From NCBI GenBank assembly GCA_000091205.1, contig AP006502.2: a stretch of 64,000 nt of DNA; one strand, given 5' to 3'. Source of the DNA: Cyanidioschyzon merolae (taxonomy: Eukaryota). Made by a program: the position numbers and the translations under genes. Positions 33,639-46,600 of this stretch are shown here, one piece after another. Numbering within the stretch: the stretch's first letter is position 1; every line of letters starts with the position of its first letter. Under the pieces are notes generated by a model. The model was given only the letters and a program-made list of their open reading frames with translations, had not been told where the DNA came from and made no database searches.

Positions 33639-34966
33639 TGCGCCATAATGCTCCGGTCTGCCGGGGAGCCGCTGCGCTAGCATTCTGCATCATACGTCGC
33701 ATCGGTTACATTCGCGGTAAGATATCGACATGCATCACCCGAGGAAGGAGCAAATTCCGTACGGAGGTAAAGCAGCAGCTATGCTGCAATGCACAACTCT
33801 GGCAACTACCCCGGGATACGTGGCGAACGCAATGAAATCTCCAACCAGTATCTCCGATTCGGCGCTTTTCGGCTGTCTGTGTCATAAAATGCTTCAGACG
33901 CCGAGTCTGAGTGGCGCTTCGCATAAGACTGATTCGCCTTCCGGCACCTTACCGGGTAGCATGCATGCTTAATGTTTGATGCAGTGTGACGGAGGCAGTC
34001 GTACGATGAGAAACGATCACACGCGTTGCCCGGTATTCGCTCTGTGTTGCCTGGACAACCGAATGAGTAGAGACCCATCTGGTGGAATCGGCAAACTTTC
34101 CAACGCTGCACAAGCCGCACCCATCCAACAACAACCTCGGACGCGAGCAGGACGCAGCACTCCGTGCCTGCTACGCACAGGTTTCGCTTTCGGTGCAACG
34201 CAGATGCCAAATCATCGATTCCAGTGCGCGTGGATAGAAAGCAATAGCTATGGCCAGTTATCTTTGGTACCTAGGCTGCGCTGAACAGCGACAGTCAAGG
34301 AGCAAGCGCTACCGCCCGGTAGAGAGCAGCGCCACACCTCGCGAAGCCGTCGAGTGTGCAGTGGCAGTCCTCCCAGCACGGTTGCACTGCTTCTAGAACA
34401 GAGTGCGCAACCCAGAGCAGTTCATAGGCGTGTCTCAATACCTGAAAACAAGTATCCAAGGCGAACGTTTACCGTGCAGCCTCCTCAAATGTGGTGCAAC
34501 CGATAGCTCCAGGAGTGTGTCAAGCCCTAGCGCATGAACCTGACGGATGCCTTCCGAGAGACTTTATTCTATCAGATTCAGCACACAATGGCGTAAAGTA
34601 CGTCTCCGATTCTTTCCAGGAGGCTCTGCACGCGAACGTACCTTGAAGCCCTGCTCCGGTCCGTGGAGCTCTCATACCAGAACGCAAAAGTAATTTCGTC
34701 TGCCGCTGCTTAACGACGCAACTATTGCCCTTTCCTGTAGCTCTGTACAAATGTAGGTGCCTACCTACCCGCCGTACTCGACTACCTTGCGTCCCTCAGT
34801 GCCGTAGCTGCTTGCCTGGTGTACACCTCAGCGCTCGAACGCATTCGCCGTACAGCGCAGCGTCGACTAAACGCGACACCACATTTGTCTCTCCTCGCGC
34901 TGCTCGACGGCCAGTCGTTTGCACTGGTCAGGGAAACCTGCGGCTGTCTCCGGAAACTTCTCGACC

Positions 34967-35911
34967 ATGTTTGTAAATACTGCGCTGACACGCGTGCAAC
35001 TTGTGAGTCGCAGTGGTCAGTCTCCGTCCAAGACTCTAGTGCGGGGGGAACTGTACGCGTCACCTGCCGGGGCCTTTGTGCCCCGAGCACAACGCTTAGT
35101 GTCAGGCGTGACTGCAGCCAGGCCGAGTCGGACGCTTGCGCGTCAGACGCTTTCCATGAACCTCTTTTCCCGCTTCTTTCGCGTGATACGTGCGAATCTG
35201 AACGCGCTTGTCTCGAGAATGGAAGATCCAGAAAAAGTCTTGACACAGTCACTGGAGGACGTGCAGAAGGACCTGTTGCGGTTGCGGCAAGCCTACGCCG
35301 AGGTCTCTGCCAGTAAGAAACGACTGGAACGACAGCGGGAAGCGGCACTGAAAACTGCTGCAGAGTGGCAGCAACGTGCACGTCTGGCACTCGAGAAAGG
35401 TAACGAGGATCTTGCTCGCGAGGCTCTCCTCCGGAAGAAGCAACAAGAGGACATGGCCAAAGCGTTGGAAAATCAGCTGCGTATGCAGGCTGAAAATACT
35501 GCAAAGCTTTACAGCTCGATGCAGCAATTAGAAGCGAAAATATCGGAAGCACAAGCGAAGAAGGACGAGTATATTACGCGTGCTCGGACGGCCAAGACTG
35601 CAATCAAGGTGAATGAGATGTTGACGTCAGTGGACACGTCCAGTGCGTTGTCCGCGTTTGAGCGCATGCAGGAGAAGGTCGAAACCTTGGAAAGCCAGGC
35701 TGAAGTGAGCCGACAGATGATCGGTTCCGGGGATGCGAGTCTGGAGAGCCAGTTTCGGGCGCTGGAGGCCGGCACCGACGTCGATGAGGAGCTCAACCGG
35801 ATGAGGCGGGAACTACGAGGCGATTCCTCATATCGTGCTCTTCAAGCCTCCCGTGATCCTGAAATTGATGAGGAGATCCAGAGAATGAAACGGGAACAGC
35901 AGCAACGTTGA
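34967..35911 (+). CDS. VIPP1: VIPP1/IM30 (PspA family) with N-terminal transit peptide
   Basis: Colinear PspA/VIPP1 homology: MNLFSRFFRVIRANLNALVSRMEDPEKVL, EDLAREALLRKK, TRARTAKTAIKVNEM and SALSAFERMQEKV. The C-terminus carries the VIPP1-specific extra helix (DPEIDEEIQRMKRE). The track start at 34919 is a TTG codon. The first ATG at 34967 gives a 63-aa extension beginning MF, rich in Ser/Thr/Arg/Ala. Confidence 0.9.
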   Translation: MFVNTALTRVQLVSRSGQSPSKTLVRGELYASPAGAFVPRAQRLVSGVTAARPSRTLARQTLSMNLFSRFFRVIRANLNALVSRMEDPEKVLTQSLEDVQKDLLRLRQAYAEVSASKKRLERQREAALKTAAEWQQRARLALEKGNEDLAREALLRKKQQEDMAKALENQLRMQAENTAKLYSSMQQLEAKISEAQAKKDEYITRARTAKTAIKVNEMLTSVDTSSALSAFERMQEKVETLESQAEVSRQMIGSGDASLESQFRALEAGTDVDEELNRMRRELRGDSSYRALQASRDPEIDEEIQRMKREQQQR

Positions 35912-36449
35912 AGTATGAAACCGCAGCACGCGATTCTCCAGTCATATCCGCAGCCACTTTTTTGTGGCTCAGCCTCCTCAGTCGCTGCCACGGGCCTATC
36001 TGCAAACTAGTTTGTATGTGATACGAACGCATCAACCTGGGTAAAGATTCCAATATCAATCAGCTCTTATCGTTGATGCGTCACTGGACAGGGGCGTCAT
36101 GCGTTCGCGTGCGCTCGCGCATACGTTGTCCTTCAAGCCTAGACGGCCGTTGCAAAGGAAGACGCATGGTCTGGTATGCTCACAGCCGCCTTCTATGTGG
36201 GTAGCGGCTGCCCAGCGAGGAGAAATCACGGCCAGCAGTTGCGAGCAGAAAGGCCTGCCCAGGCGAACGGGGAAAACCTGAGCAGATGCTCTTTTTTTCA
36301 TCGAATCAAGGTTCACGATGGGGTTTAGTGACGGAGACGATCACCAGCGAACTCTCGATCTGAGCCCGTTCGCACATCAGCTTGCGCCCTTTGACGATAT
36401 GGTTTGCGTTGTCTGCACAAGATAGAGTTGTAGGGAGCTTCTGGTCTGC

Positions 36450-39310
36450 AGGGCGTTAGCGATCAGAAATCGTCTCCAGTTTCCCCGACGCAATATGATC
36501 TTGGCGTACCAGTCATTTATCTATGATCAACGAAGATGAGACATGGCGCTCCATTCGATCGAGACTGGACCCACCAAGAAAGTGCTTGGGGCTCACACCA
36601 ATCGTTTATAAGGAAGAGCTGAGGACGGAGAGTGCCTCAGTGAATGAGGCCTGCACAGACCACGGGACAGAGCTGCATGAAGACGCAACTGGGCACTGCC
36701 AAGACCCAATCTATTGGCACCAATATGCTGCAGAACTACCGCGCCTCGACCCGGTACCGGTATGGAACGACCCAATCTTCTGGCCTGAATCTGTCCGGAC
36801 CCTCTTAAGGTCATGCAACCGCAAAACACCTGGCTTTGACGGTATCCCTGCGGAGTGGATGCAACTGGCGACCCCAGAAGACGAGACAACAGGGACACCA
36901 TCGATACCAAATGAATCTGACAGAATCCTGGGCAAACGCCTTCTGGAGCTCATCCAACGCATGTTTGAAGAAGCGTACATCCCGGATGTACCGAGGACTG
37001 TCGAGGTCGTACTGATCCTCAGAAAGGACTCTTACACACAAAGACATGAACATCTACCGGACTATTCGCCTCATCCCGTCTATCATGAAGCTACTTTTGC
37101 GCCATCCTCACGAACCGGATCCAGAGGCGCCTCGAGGAACGCAAGTTCTTCGCCCCAGGGAGGGCTGGATTCCGGAGCCGCGAGGAGTGCATGAGCCATG
37201 TCCTGACCCTCACTGAAGTGGCGCAACGTCGCTTCATTAGCGACCAACAACCAACTTACGTATGCTTCATCGACTTTCAAAAGGCCTTTGACACGGTCCC
37301 GCACGAGGCTCTATTTTAGAAGATGGAACGAGCCCAAGTCTCCGGAAAGTGCTTGGCGTTCTTCCGTGCGCTCTATGCAGACTCGTGGATGCGCATCCGA
37401 CTGGGCGATGGCTCAAGAACCCCTTGTATAAGAATCCGCCGTGGACTGCGACAGAGCGACCCCACATCCCCGCTCCTTTTCAACATCTTCATCAACGATC
37501 TGCTGAACAATTGCAGACAATACGGGCTTGAGGTGCCGTGGATAGACTGTGGAGATGCTCGGTGAGGAGCGCCCACATGGGAACCGCCTCGCAGGCCTTC
37601 TATTTGCGGACGATGTCGTGCTGTTGGCACCCGCCCCGGGAACGCTTGCGGGTAGCATGGAACAAGTCAGCGCCTGGACCGATCGCTGGGTTATGAGCAT
37701 AGGAGCATCGAAGTGCGGCGTCATGCTCATCCATGGAGACTCGCAGTGCATTCGCAATCGCTCGTGGCGGTTGCAGAGTCAGGAAATTCCAATCGTGGAA
37801 AAATATCGCTACCTGGGGGTCTGTCTCACGCCGACGCTCGACGAAAAGGCACACATCGACGAGATGATCGCCAAGATGCATAGACGTACAGCGATCGCAC
37901 GCCCATTCCCATCCGACCCCTCTATCCCCTTAGCAATCCGTACCAGGGCACGAAGGATGTGTATCATCCAGCCTGCGACCTGGGGTGCTGAATGGTGCGG
38001 CATGAAGCACCCAAATGCCTCGCGTCTGCAGACAGCCGCCAACATGGCAATGCGACCCGTTGTTGTCGTTGGATGCTCAATGCAGAGCAGAGCGACCAAC
38101 CCGCCTGGCACTCGGACTTGAACTCCAAATACCCTCGACAGAGGCGATAGCAGCAGGCTGCCGGGCATGTATACGGGCCAAAGGGCCCAGCATGTGCACC
38201 TGGTTCAGTCGGATTCTCATGCAGACCCCAACGCACCGCGAGAAAACTTGGATGAAATCGACGCAGATTTAGCTGAGGCGCCTCTTAGGCGAAAATACGC
38301 TCCACTCGTTCCCCAGAAATATAGAATTCTCCCGTCGCCTCAAGCGAACGGTCCAAACACCAATATGGGAAAGTAGACACGGTACCAGTCGCGCCAGTAA
38401 CGCCGGCTTGACTCTATACCGGAACTACAACCTAGCATACACATGCAAGTACTGGTAGGAGGCGCTGGAATTCCCGGGACTTGCTCGAGGTACCCAGTTG
38501 CTCGCCAAAATCCGCGTTGGTGGCTTCCGGCTGGCAGCACCGTCTCTAAGCCGGATAGGAGCACTGGAATCGCACTGGGAGTTACACTGACCCTGCTGAG
38601 GAAACGAGACCCCCGAAACGCTGACATATTTGGGCATACAGTGCCCGCGCTGGAAACAGGAGCGCAGCGAGCTCCTTGAAGGACAGCAGCAGCTGGGCAT
38701 CACCTTGATAGCCAAACGCCGGACACTCACTTTGAGTGTAGCACTGGCAACTGATGGTCCGCTAACCGAGCCTCAGCGCTCATTAGTGACGAACAAACTC
38801 ACACTTTACCTTCTAGGCAGCAGTTCCAGCGAATCGGATACGCACACGGGGCCAGTGCGCTTTCTGCGCCTACCCACTGTGGTGGGTGTCAAGCACAAAC
38901 CCGCATTGCCAACCGACAACAAAGCACTCCATGCATGATCACGAAGGAGAGAGGCGGCTCCCAGGATATATCCTAACAGCCAAGTTTCTCCAGCGTGTCG
39001 TGCAGCGAAGGAAAGCCTGCATCCGCAGACTGTCCAAGCACAAACTGACGACGAGACCCGATTCTACGTCGGGTGAAGCACGCCTCGAGCCGACGCCCTC
39101 TGTGGTATAGAAAAGCTGTTCCAGCTCGGTGAACTATCTGCTCTAGCATTTAAGGTGCAAAGGCGAATACGGAACGGCAGGTACGAAGCACACACAATAG
39201 GACGTATGAAACCACCAGAATATCCGAGAAAAAGTCTGGGTAATGTAACTTGGAGATAGAGGGTTTGATGGATACTTTACAGTGCACTGAAAAACACAAA
39301 AAAAAGTAGG
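36450..39310 (+). mobile_element. degenerate, 5'-truncated non-LTR retrotransposon (LINE) relic
   Basis: RT motifs lie in order across at least 3 frames with stops. These include KTPGFDGIPAEW (domain 0), IRLIPSIMKLL, FFAPGRAGFRSREEC, YVCFIDFQKAFDTVPHEAL, RGLRQSDPTSPLLFNIFINDL, LLFADDVVLLA (FADD box), SKCGVML and KYRYLGVCL. A C-terminal zinc knuckle (ET..YLGIQCPRWKQERSELL) follows, then an A-rich tract near 39290-39308. Confidence 0.7.
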
Positions 39311-39418
39311 AAACAAATACACATAATTGGAAAACGCTCGCCTAAGTAAACGTTTTGTCGATGAAAAAAATGCATTCAGGGCACCGTCCGACAGGGGCGC
39401 GCACGCCGCTGCCTGCCT

Positions 39419-39442
39419 GCCTGCCTGCCTGCTGGCTCGTCG
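39419..39442. repeat. (CTGC)6 microsatellite between the LINE relic and the CDC50 start
   Basis: A direct read of ctgcctgcctgcctgcctgcctgc. Confidence 0.9.
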
Positions 39443-39610
39443 AGTGGCGCCGCCCTGCCAGGCGATGCGCGTGCCCAGTGATGCGCGTTGTCCGTTTTGT
39501 CCCTTTTCACTCCGTTTAGACAGCACACGCGCTGACGCGACGCTACTCCTGCTACCCGGCGCTCCGCGCTGTGGCTCTGCGCTGGTCCAACGTTTGGTGC
39601 CGCAGTGGTC

Positions 39611-41194
39611 ATGGTCACTGTGGAGGACCTTTTGCAACAGACAGTCCCTACGGGGAAGCGTCGTAGTGTGAGAAGCTCTTTAAATGACTCCCTAAACACC
39701 ACCGCGAGTTCTACTGTGGCAAGCGCGGGGAGCCAGGAGCCGGGACACGTGTCTGCGCCAGCGGCAGGGCAACGCCCTGCTTCCCCGAAGCAGCAGGCGT
39801 CGGAGCGCGTACAAACTGCGGGGCGTTGGCGCATCGGAAGTGTATTCAAGAGGCTTTTTCAACGAGCAGCACACCGGCCTGCTGTGCCGCAGCCTTCAGC
39901 GGAGAGCCCGGCCAATCCGGACGAAGGCCCCATCCTCCGACGGTACTCGGAAATAACCCGGGAGCTGCTTAACAACTGGGTCGAAAGCGACGCGCCGGAA
40001 CTGGCGCCGCCGAACGACAAGCTTGGTGAAGAGCGTGTAGAGGAAGATAGCACTCTAGGGGTCGACCATAACTTGCCGCCTAGCGAACGTTCATATCGGA
40101 GACGCGTATCGCGGAGACGACGGTTTATACGCGCCATGACGTGCGGGATTGATCCTAACCCAGAGGATGGAGATGCGGAGCCTACTCCCCAGCTCTATGC
40201 ATTTCGTAACCAGGAACTTCCAGCGGTGAAACCGCTCTTCCTTCCCTGGTTCGTGGCATTGATTCTACTCGTACTGGGTGTAGCCTGCCTGGGTATCGGT
40301 ATTTACCTCTCCGTTACGAACAACTCCTTGCGCCGGTCTATACAAGTGCGATACGACGACAAGTGCTCCCTGAATGAACAGGATTGTGTTGTTCAAGTTA
40401 ATGTACCAGAACGATTGACTGCTCCGGTCTACGTATGGTATCATCTCACAAATTTTTATAGCAATCATCGCATCTATGATGAATCTAGATCAGCTCGCAT
40501 GGATGAAGGGCACTGGCCGCTGACCTATTCGCAGGTTCGAGACTGCCTACCCAAGCTGTACGGCGGGAATGTAACAGCGAACAATCCTAACGGGTATCTC
40601 GTACCCTGCGGGTTGATTCAGTACTCACAATTCAACGACACCATTCATCTGTGCTCGAGCCCCGATGTTTCCGCCTCTAGTTGTACAGTCCTCAGCGGAA
40701 ATGACTGGACGGATGTTGGAGTTGCCTGGGAGAGCGATATTAATGCACTATACCACAATGGTACCGTGGATCCACCATTTACACCTGCGGTGAATGCACG
40801 CATCACGAGTCCCGATTACATCGTCTGGCAACGCATATCCAGCGGATCGAATTTTTTGCGTCTATATCGCATCATTAATCGAGACCTTGAACCCGGCAGG
40901 TATTCACTCAAAATCGCAAATAATTTCAATTCATATGCTTATCGTGGGTCCAAATATGTGAATATCGGCAAGGTTGCTGTCTATGGCATGAGGAACACGG
41001 TGCTTCAAATTGCTTACCTCACGACAGCTGGTGTGCTCCTGGTACTCGCGCCGGTGGTTATGGTGACCTACTGGTTGAGCAATCGCCGGATTGCAGATCC
41101 CAACAGCCGATTCTTGAAACAGATCATGGACGAGATCGACGATGCAGCGTGGATCGGAGAAGCGCCCGAATCTGCGAACTCGAGTGCGCTGTGA
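39611..41194 (+). CDS. CDC50: CDC50/LEM3 family protein (P4-ATPase flippase beta subunit)
   Basis: Two transmembrane segments (FLPWFVALILLVLGVACLGIGIYL and AGVLLVLAPVVMVTYWL) flank an ectodomain. The ectodomain carries the family motif YVWYHLTNFYSNHRIYDESRS and several N-glycosylation sites. There is a long acidic/basic N-terminal extension. The first ATG is at 39611; the track start at 39605 is a GTG codon. Confidence 0.75.
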   Translation: MVTVEDLLQQTVPTGKRRSVRSSLNDSLNTTASSTVASAGSQEPGHVSAPAAGQRPASPKQQASERVQTAGRWRIGSVFKRLFQRAAHRPAVPQPSAESPANPDEGPILRRYSEITRELLNNWVESDAPELAPPNDKLGEERVEEDSTLGVDHNLPPSERSYRRRVSRRRRFIRAMTCGIDPNPEDGDAEPTPQLYAFRNQELPAVKPLFLPWFVALILLVLGVACLGIGIYLSVTNNSLRRSIQVRYDDKCSLNEQDCVVQVNVPERLTAPVYVWYHLTNFYSNHRIYDESRSARMDEGHWPLTYSQVRDCLPKLYGGNVTANNPNGYLVPCGLIQYSQFNDTIHLCSSPDVSASSCTVLSGNDWTDVGVAWESDINALYHNGTVDPPFTPAVNARITSPDYIVWQRISSGSNFLRLYRIINRDLEPGRYSLKIANNFNSYAYRGSKYVNIGKVAVYGMRNTVLQIAYLTTAGVLLVLAPVVMVTYWLSNRRIADPNSRFLKQIMDEIDDAAWIGEAPESANSSAL

Positions 41195-43093
41195 ACCGCA
41201 ATGCCGTGTGCCCTACAGTGCTTTCACGTGCAGCTACACGACGACTGTACCTGTGGTTGCGCCTGTCCATGGTGAACGCAGGGCAAGGCGCACAAATAGC
41301 GGGAGCGCCTCGACTATGGCACTCAAATGGGCCCCTGCTGGACCAGCATCCCATGGGAGGTACTCGTCGACTCTACTTAGAGAGACTGTGAATCATACCG
41401 GATTCTCACTGGCCTGCATGCAGTTCATACGCCTGCTGAACTTGTTTTGGCGCGTGCGCCCTGTGTCTCTGTGAAACAGTTTGGGTAGCATCTAGTTCTG
41501 AGCGTTGCGTCTGGCAGAGCTGTTGAGTTCCTTGTAGGTTACTCGCCCATGCATATATCATCATGGCGACTATCCGGTCTCGGCGACTTGTTCAGCGAAG
41601 GCGCCGGGGATACGAAGCGTGAAACTGAGAGCGCCGGTTCCCCTCGTGATTTCCGTATCAGAGTTACAAGGTGTTAGGCCTCGCGATGCGTGCAGTCCTG
41701 GAATGCACGCTCCGGCACAGTGTTGCCACGTTCCGTGCTGGACTCTACGTTTGCGAATTCACCACTCGATGCGAGTCTGTGCATACGCGGGAGATTCGCG
41801 CTTGCAAAGCTGCGGTCCAAATTGTTCGTTTCCGGTTTCTGGTCTGTATTTCTTGTGTACAGTGCCTTGGTCAGAAGGAGCGGATCGCTAGGAGGCTCAG
41901 CATCGCGGGGTCCGACGGTAGGGCCCAGGTCGCGTTGCCGGCGCATCCAGGTCTGTAGCTATTCGTGAGAAACCAGATGTGGGCTGTCGGATCCCGTGTT
42001 CCCGAATGAGGCAACTCTTCGTGTTGCGGTCGAAGGAGAAGCTCCTTCGTATCTAGCGGAAGGGCGAGATTCCGCCAGTGTCATCTCACAGGCAGCAACA
42101 CAAGCGAGCACAAACAACCTCCAAAAACTGCGCGCTCGCAGCATGAGCGCCGGATCGTAGCCCCTGTTGCGCGCAGCTGGAAACCTCACTCCGATATCGA
42201 GCGCCCGCCTCGATAACCACGGCTGGTTGCTTGCGACCAGAGGCGGTATCCAGGCGCCGTTACCATGATCACACCAAACGCGGTCTAGAAGCTGAAAGCG
42301 TGCGACCTGCATATCATGTTCATTGGGTACTCAAACGAGCGATTTTGTTCGAATGTTTGAGAGCGCCCGCGGCAGTGCGTCGAGTTGGCCTCTGATTGCG
42401 CCATGGAGCTTGTCTAGTCGTCGAGAACATTTTGCACCTATGCTGAATATCCCGTGACATGAACTGAAATTTCACACGATACCTTTATTGGCTCGTGTTC
42501 ACGCTGAGTCTAGCCGTTGTTATCACTGTGCACCTGTCCTAAGAAACTCGTATCGTAAACTGCAATTCCAGACCGTGCACTGGCCGGTTCGCTTCAAAGT
42601 GGAAAGTAGCATCGGCGGCGTTGTTCGATATTGGCTGTGAACGGGTTGGTGACCTGCGTGGGTGTCTTGTTCACCTCAACCCTCTTCGCTGCTATCCGTA
42701 CTACGCGTACGCCAGTGCACAGGTTGCGCTCGATTCTAGCGTGCTTCTGCAAATCGCAACTAGACTCCCGAGAATGCACACGGACGTGCCAAAAGTCCTC
42801 TGCAAAATGCCTCGTAGGCCATCAGATACGGAAACACTGAGACCTCCCTGAATTCCTCTAACTCTGAGACAGAATTTTGGTCCCAAAGCCCACAAGAACC
42901 AGCCAAATTCAGAAGACACGTTTACCTGTTTGTCAGCGTTGACCGTTGGTATGCGAGCCTGCTGGTGCAGGTGTCGTACGCGCTCCGTAGAACTGAGGCA
43001 CATATTGCGCCAGCGATCCGATATCGCTGTGAGTCCGCCGAAGGGCCGGGCATATACACTGCATGGCTCACCCATGCTACTGATACTACCGTT

Positions 43094-43180
43094 GCAGCAG
43101 CAGCAGCAGCAGCAGCTTATGATGATGGTGATGCACCTGATCATGATGCTGCTGCTATATATGCCCCCACAGATGAGACT

Positions 43181-43212
<32 letters not shown>

Positions 43213-43400
43213 TTATGACGATGGTGATGCACCTGATCATGATGCTGCTGCTATATATGCCCCCACAGATGAGACTACAGCAGCAGCAGCAGCTTACGAT
43301 GATGGTGATGCACCTGATCATGATGCTGCTGCTATATATGCCCCCACAGATGAGGCAGCAGCAGCAGCAGCAGCAGCGGCAGCTTGTGATGATGGCGATG
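43094..43400. repeat. minisatellite (81-93-bp unit x about 3.5) with embedded (CAG)n microsatellites
   Basis: The unit (gca)n ttatgatgatggtgatgcacctgatcatgatgctgctgctatatatgcccccacagatgagactaca is repeated. It translates to polyQ, polyA or polyC depending on strand and frame. Confidence 0.85.
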
Positions 43401-43699
43401 CTACTGCTACAGACGCTACTATTCGTTTTACAGATTCTATAGATACAAGTGCGGCAGCGGCGAGCGACAATGGGAAATCTGGGTGGTGTCAAGACCGCGT
43501 CGGGTGCGGCGCCGGGCAGGCGCGCTCGATGATGACTGGAAGCGCTGGAGAATCGCAGTGCAGCATCGCGTGAAATCGTCAAGCTATTTTGGGCGGTTAG
43601 CCCTGCTGCTGCTAGCTGTCAAACTTGGACCCGCTGAGCAACCACTGTCCCTGAGACATGCTACAGTGACAGCTCGTTTGCTCTGCTGCGCATCATCCG

Positions 43700-46600
43700 A
43701 TGAATATAGTGTACAAACTTGGAGGAACTTTGGCAGCATCCTCGCAAGATAACCGGCCCGCGGAAGCGTTTTCGATTAATGTGCACAATTGGAGTTTCGG
43801 CAGTGCAGTGACCCACTGGACGCTTGCCGACTGGTGTCATCAAGGACCTGACCTTGTAGCGGCAATATGTCTCGTTACCGGAAGCGAAAACGCGAGTCCG
43901 CAGAACAGTTTAGGTGTGGAAGGACCGCAGAGTGCGAAAACGCCAAGTGTTTTGGTGTTTCACGCGGAGTCGCCGCAAGAGCTGGTTGTGTTGGCGGCAC
44001 CAGCCGGGCTTTGGCCGAACGCCCTATCTTGGCGGCCACCGCTGGACACTAGATTGTTCAGAGTCATCACGAACAGAGAGGGCAAACAACGAGTTGCTGA
44101 ATTCGCGGATGTAGAGCAGAGCCAGCAGTTGGTTTTCGGTGCTCGTTCGAATTGGCCAAGGCTTCTCGTTCTGCATGGTTGTTCCTTGTGGCGAATATGG
44201 GGACCTCATGCCTCTGGTTTTCGGGTAAATCGTTGGCGGATCACACACGAGGAAGAATGCATGTGGCAACTTCGAGATATCTCCTGGATGCCTCAGTTGG
44301 ACCTGCCTCTGATAGGGGTTTGCGGGCTTGCGGCGAACGGGGAAGTGCAACTCTGGATTGCTCCAGATACTGAAGATGACAAGGGCTTGTTTGCAGTACA
44401 CACGCTAACCATCTGCGAACCGCGGATCATACTCGGGCAACTTAATTTCATCAATCCAGCTGTCAGCTATTTTTCGTACGGCGATGCTGAACTGCATCAG
44501 CCCTGCGCTGCATTTCTAAGATCGGAGCAATCATCCGCTGAAGACAAAAATGGGATAGCGAGCATCCAGACTGAAGATTGGCGGCTTGTTTGTGCGCGTG
44601 TCGTCTACGCAACGCAGGATAACGACGATTGCTTCCAGGTATGTGAGATTGGATTTCTGATTCCCTGCACGAGACAATCCAACGCAGAGACTTGCAACGC
44701 TGTGCAGCCGCTGCCGGACCGTGTTCGAATCATCGCAAAACCTTTGGGATCGATCTGTCTCTCAACGAATCGTTCCGGAGCAAGTGAGTTTCCCACAGGT
44801 GCTGATCCGCTCGTGCCAAGCGCTGGGCTCGCAGCCGAAGCACCAGCTGTGCCCTGTCGATTTCAGATATGTCCCAGCACTGGAGATATTTTCATCGTCA
44901 TCGAGCGTCGCGAGGTTCAGCGGTGGCGCTTTGACTCCAAAACCGCCCAAGATGGGCTCTCGAAAGCCCTGGAGAATCACACCATATCTGGACGAGTCTC
45001 TGAGCCGTCACCCAGCGTCGACAGAGAACACGGCCTTTTGGGTGATCCTTCGTGGTCGCGCGTTGGAAGCTTTCAACACGAGCGGACCATCGACACAATG
45101 CGGTTGAGCCCAAACAGCCTCTTTGTCCTCCTTGGTAGCGGCGATGCTACTTTGACGGTCCTCAAGGGTGATCGGGTCGCATGGGCATCGGGCTCGACAC
45201 TGACAGGATCTCTGCAGATCGGTCCTATGGAGGTCGCAGCGATGGCGATCGCACCGTCACCACACGCTGGCTGCGCATTCGTCCTAACGAATGCGCCCGT
45301 CGAGTTCGGTAGCATTGTCCAGTTGCCCGCAGATCACCTGGACGCCAGTTTCATCGCCAAGACGCTGTGCCGAATGATGCAACATCGCGAGGGAGCAACT
45401 GAACGCGTATTCGACCTCATTACCCGCATCAGAGACGAACCCAAGATATTTGCCCAAATCGTCAAGGCTTTGGAGCAGTTACACGCTCCGCGACGCTGCT
45501 TTACGATGTTGATGCTCTGCCACACGCTCCTAACCCCGCTTTGGTTGGCGCTGAACACCATATCCGTACCCGTACGCATTCTGGAGTCGCTATCGGGCGT
45601 CATCGCGTGCGCGAGCCACATGTACGCATCCGCGGACCACAACATGAAACCGTTAGACGTTCGACTCGAACGCTTGCGCCTGTTTACTCGCCCTCGTCTC
45701 AGCCAGCTATCAACAGGAGATTCAGAGCGCATGTTCTGCGCAGCACAAAAAATACTCTGCATGGGCGCTGCCTGGATTCGACACGCCGCCCTAACGACAA
45801 TGCTCTTCATGCGAGCGGATGAGCTGCCGCCCTTGTGGGCTGCCTTGCGGCGGCAAGATTGGGCATCTATGATCCAATTTATCAAGCATCAAGGCGTTGC
45901 CTCGGGTGCAGTCGACGACCGACGGGTGACCCCGCGTGACACCGCTGCAGCGGCAGCGGCAATGGGCGATTGGGGCGTCACACCGGGCACCGGCAGTGCC
46001 ACCTCGCAGGTACTGATCCATGATTTCCTGAGAGTATCGTTTCACTTCGTTCACGACCCGTATTATGTTCGCCTTATCAATATCGCTTGCTGTTGCGCTG
46101 TTGCAGTTCTAGCAGAGCTGCGCAGTTTGAGTTTGATACCACGGGAGCTGATCGCACGCGTTCGGTTACAGTTTGATCTGGAAACGGGTCACCAGATTGC
46201 GGCTGCTATCCAGGATCTCCGCGATGCCTGGCGTGGTATGGATGCGGAGCTGACGCTATTGCTGCGTACCCAACGTAATGGCTATATGGCAAACTCACCG
46301 CGGCCTGCTGACTTGAGTGACGCTATACGCACACGATTGGACGCACTCAAGTCAGCGATTCATCGGCACATGCTTGCAAACATTGCCGTCGCTCAACGTC
46401 TTTTAGAAAATCCTCACTTTGCTCTTGAGCGCCTTGAAGACTGCGCTGGCATGTTTGGAAGCAGCATGCGTGGCTTCTTTCTTCGGACTGCGCCTCTGCG
46501 CGTATCGTCGGATATGCTCTCTCACGATGCGGTTACCTGCATGCCTCTGGAGGCAGCTGCAGGACGTCGGCGATGTTCACGTACCGGTCTGGTAGCCACT

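Noticed and set aside
42701-43582. 293-aa minus-strand ORF with long poly-Cys runs.
   Set aside because: It is an artefact of translating the CAG/GCA minisatellite in that frame. A free poly-Cys protein is implausible.
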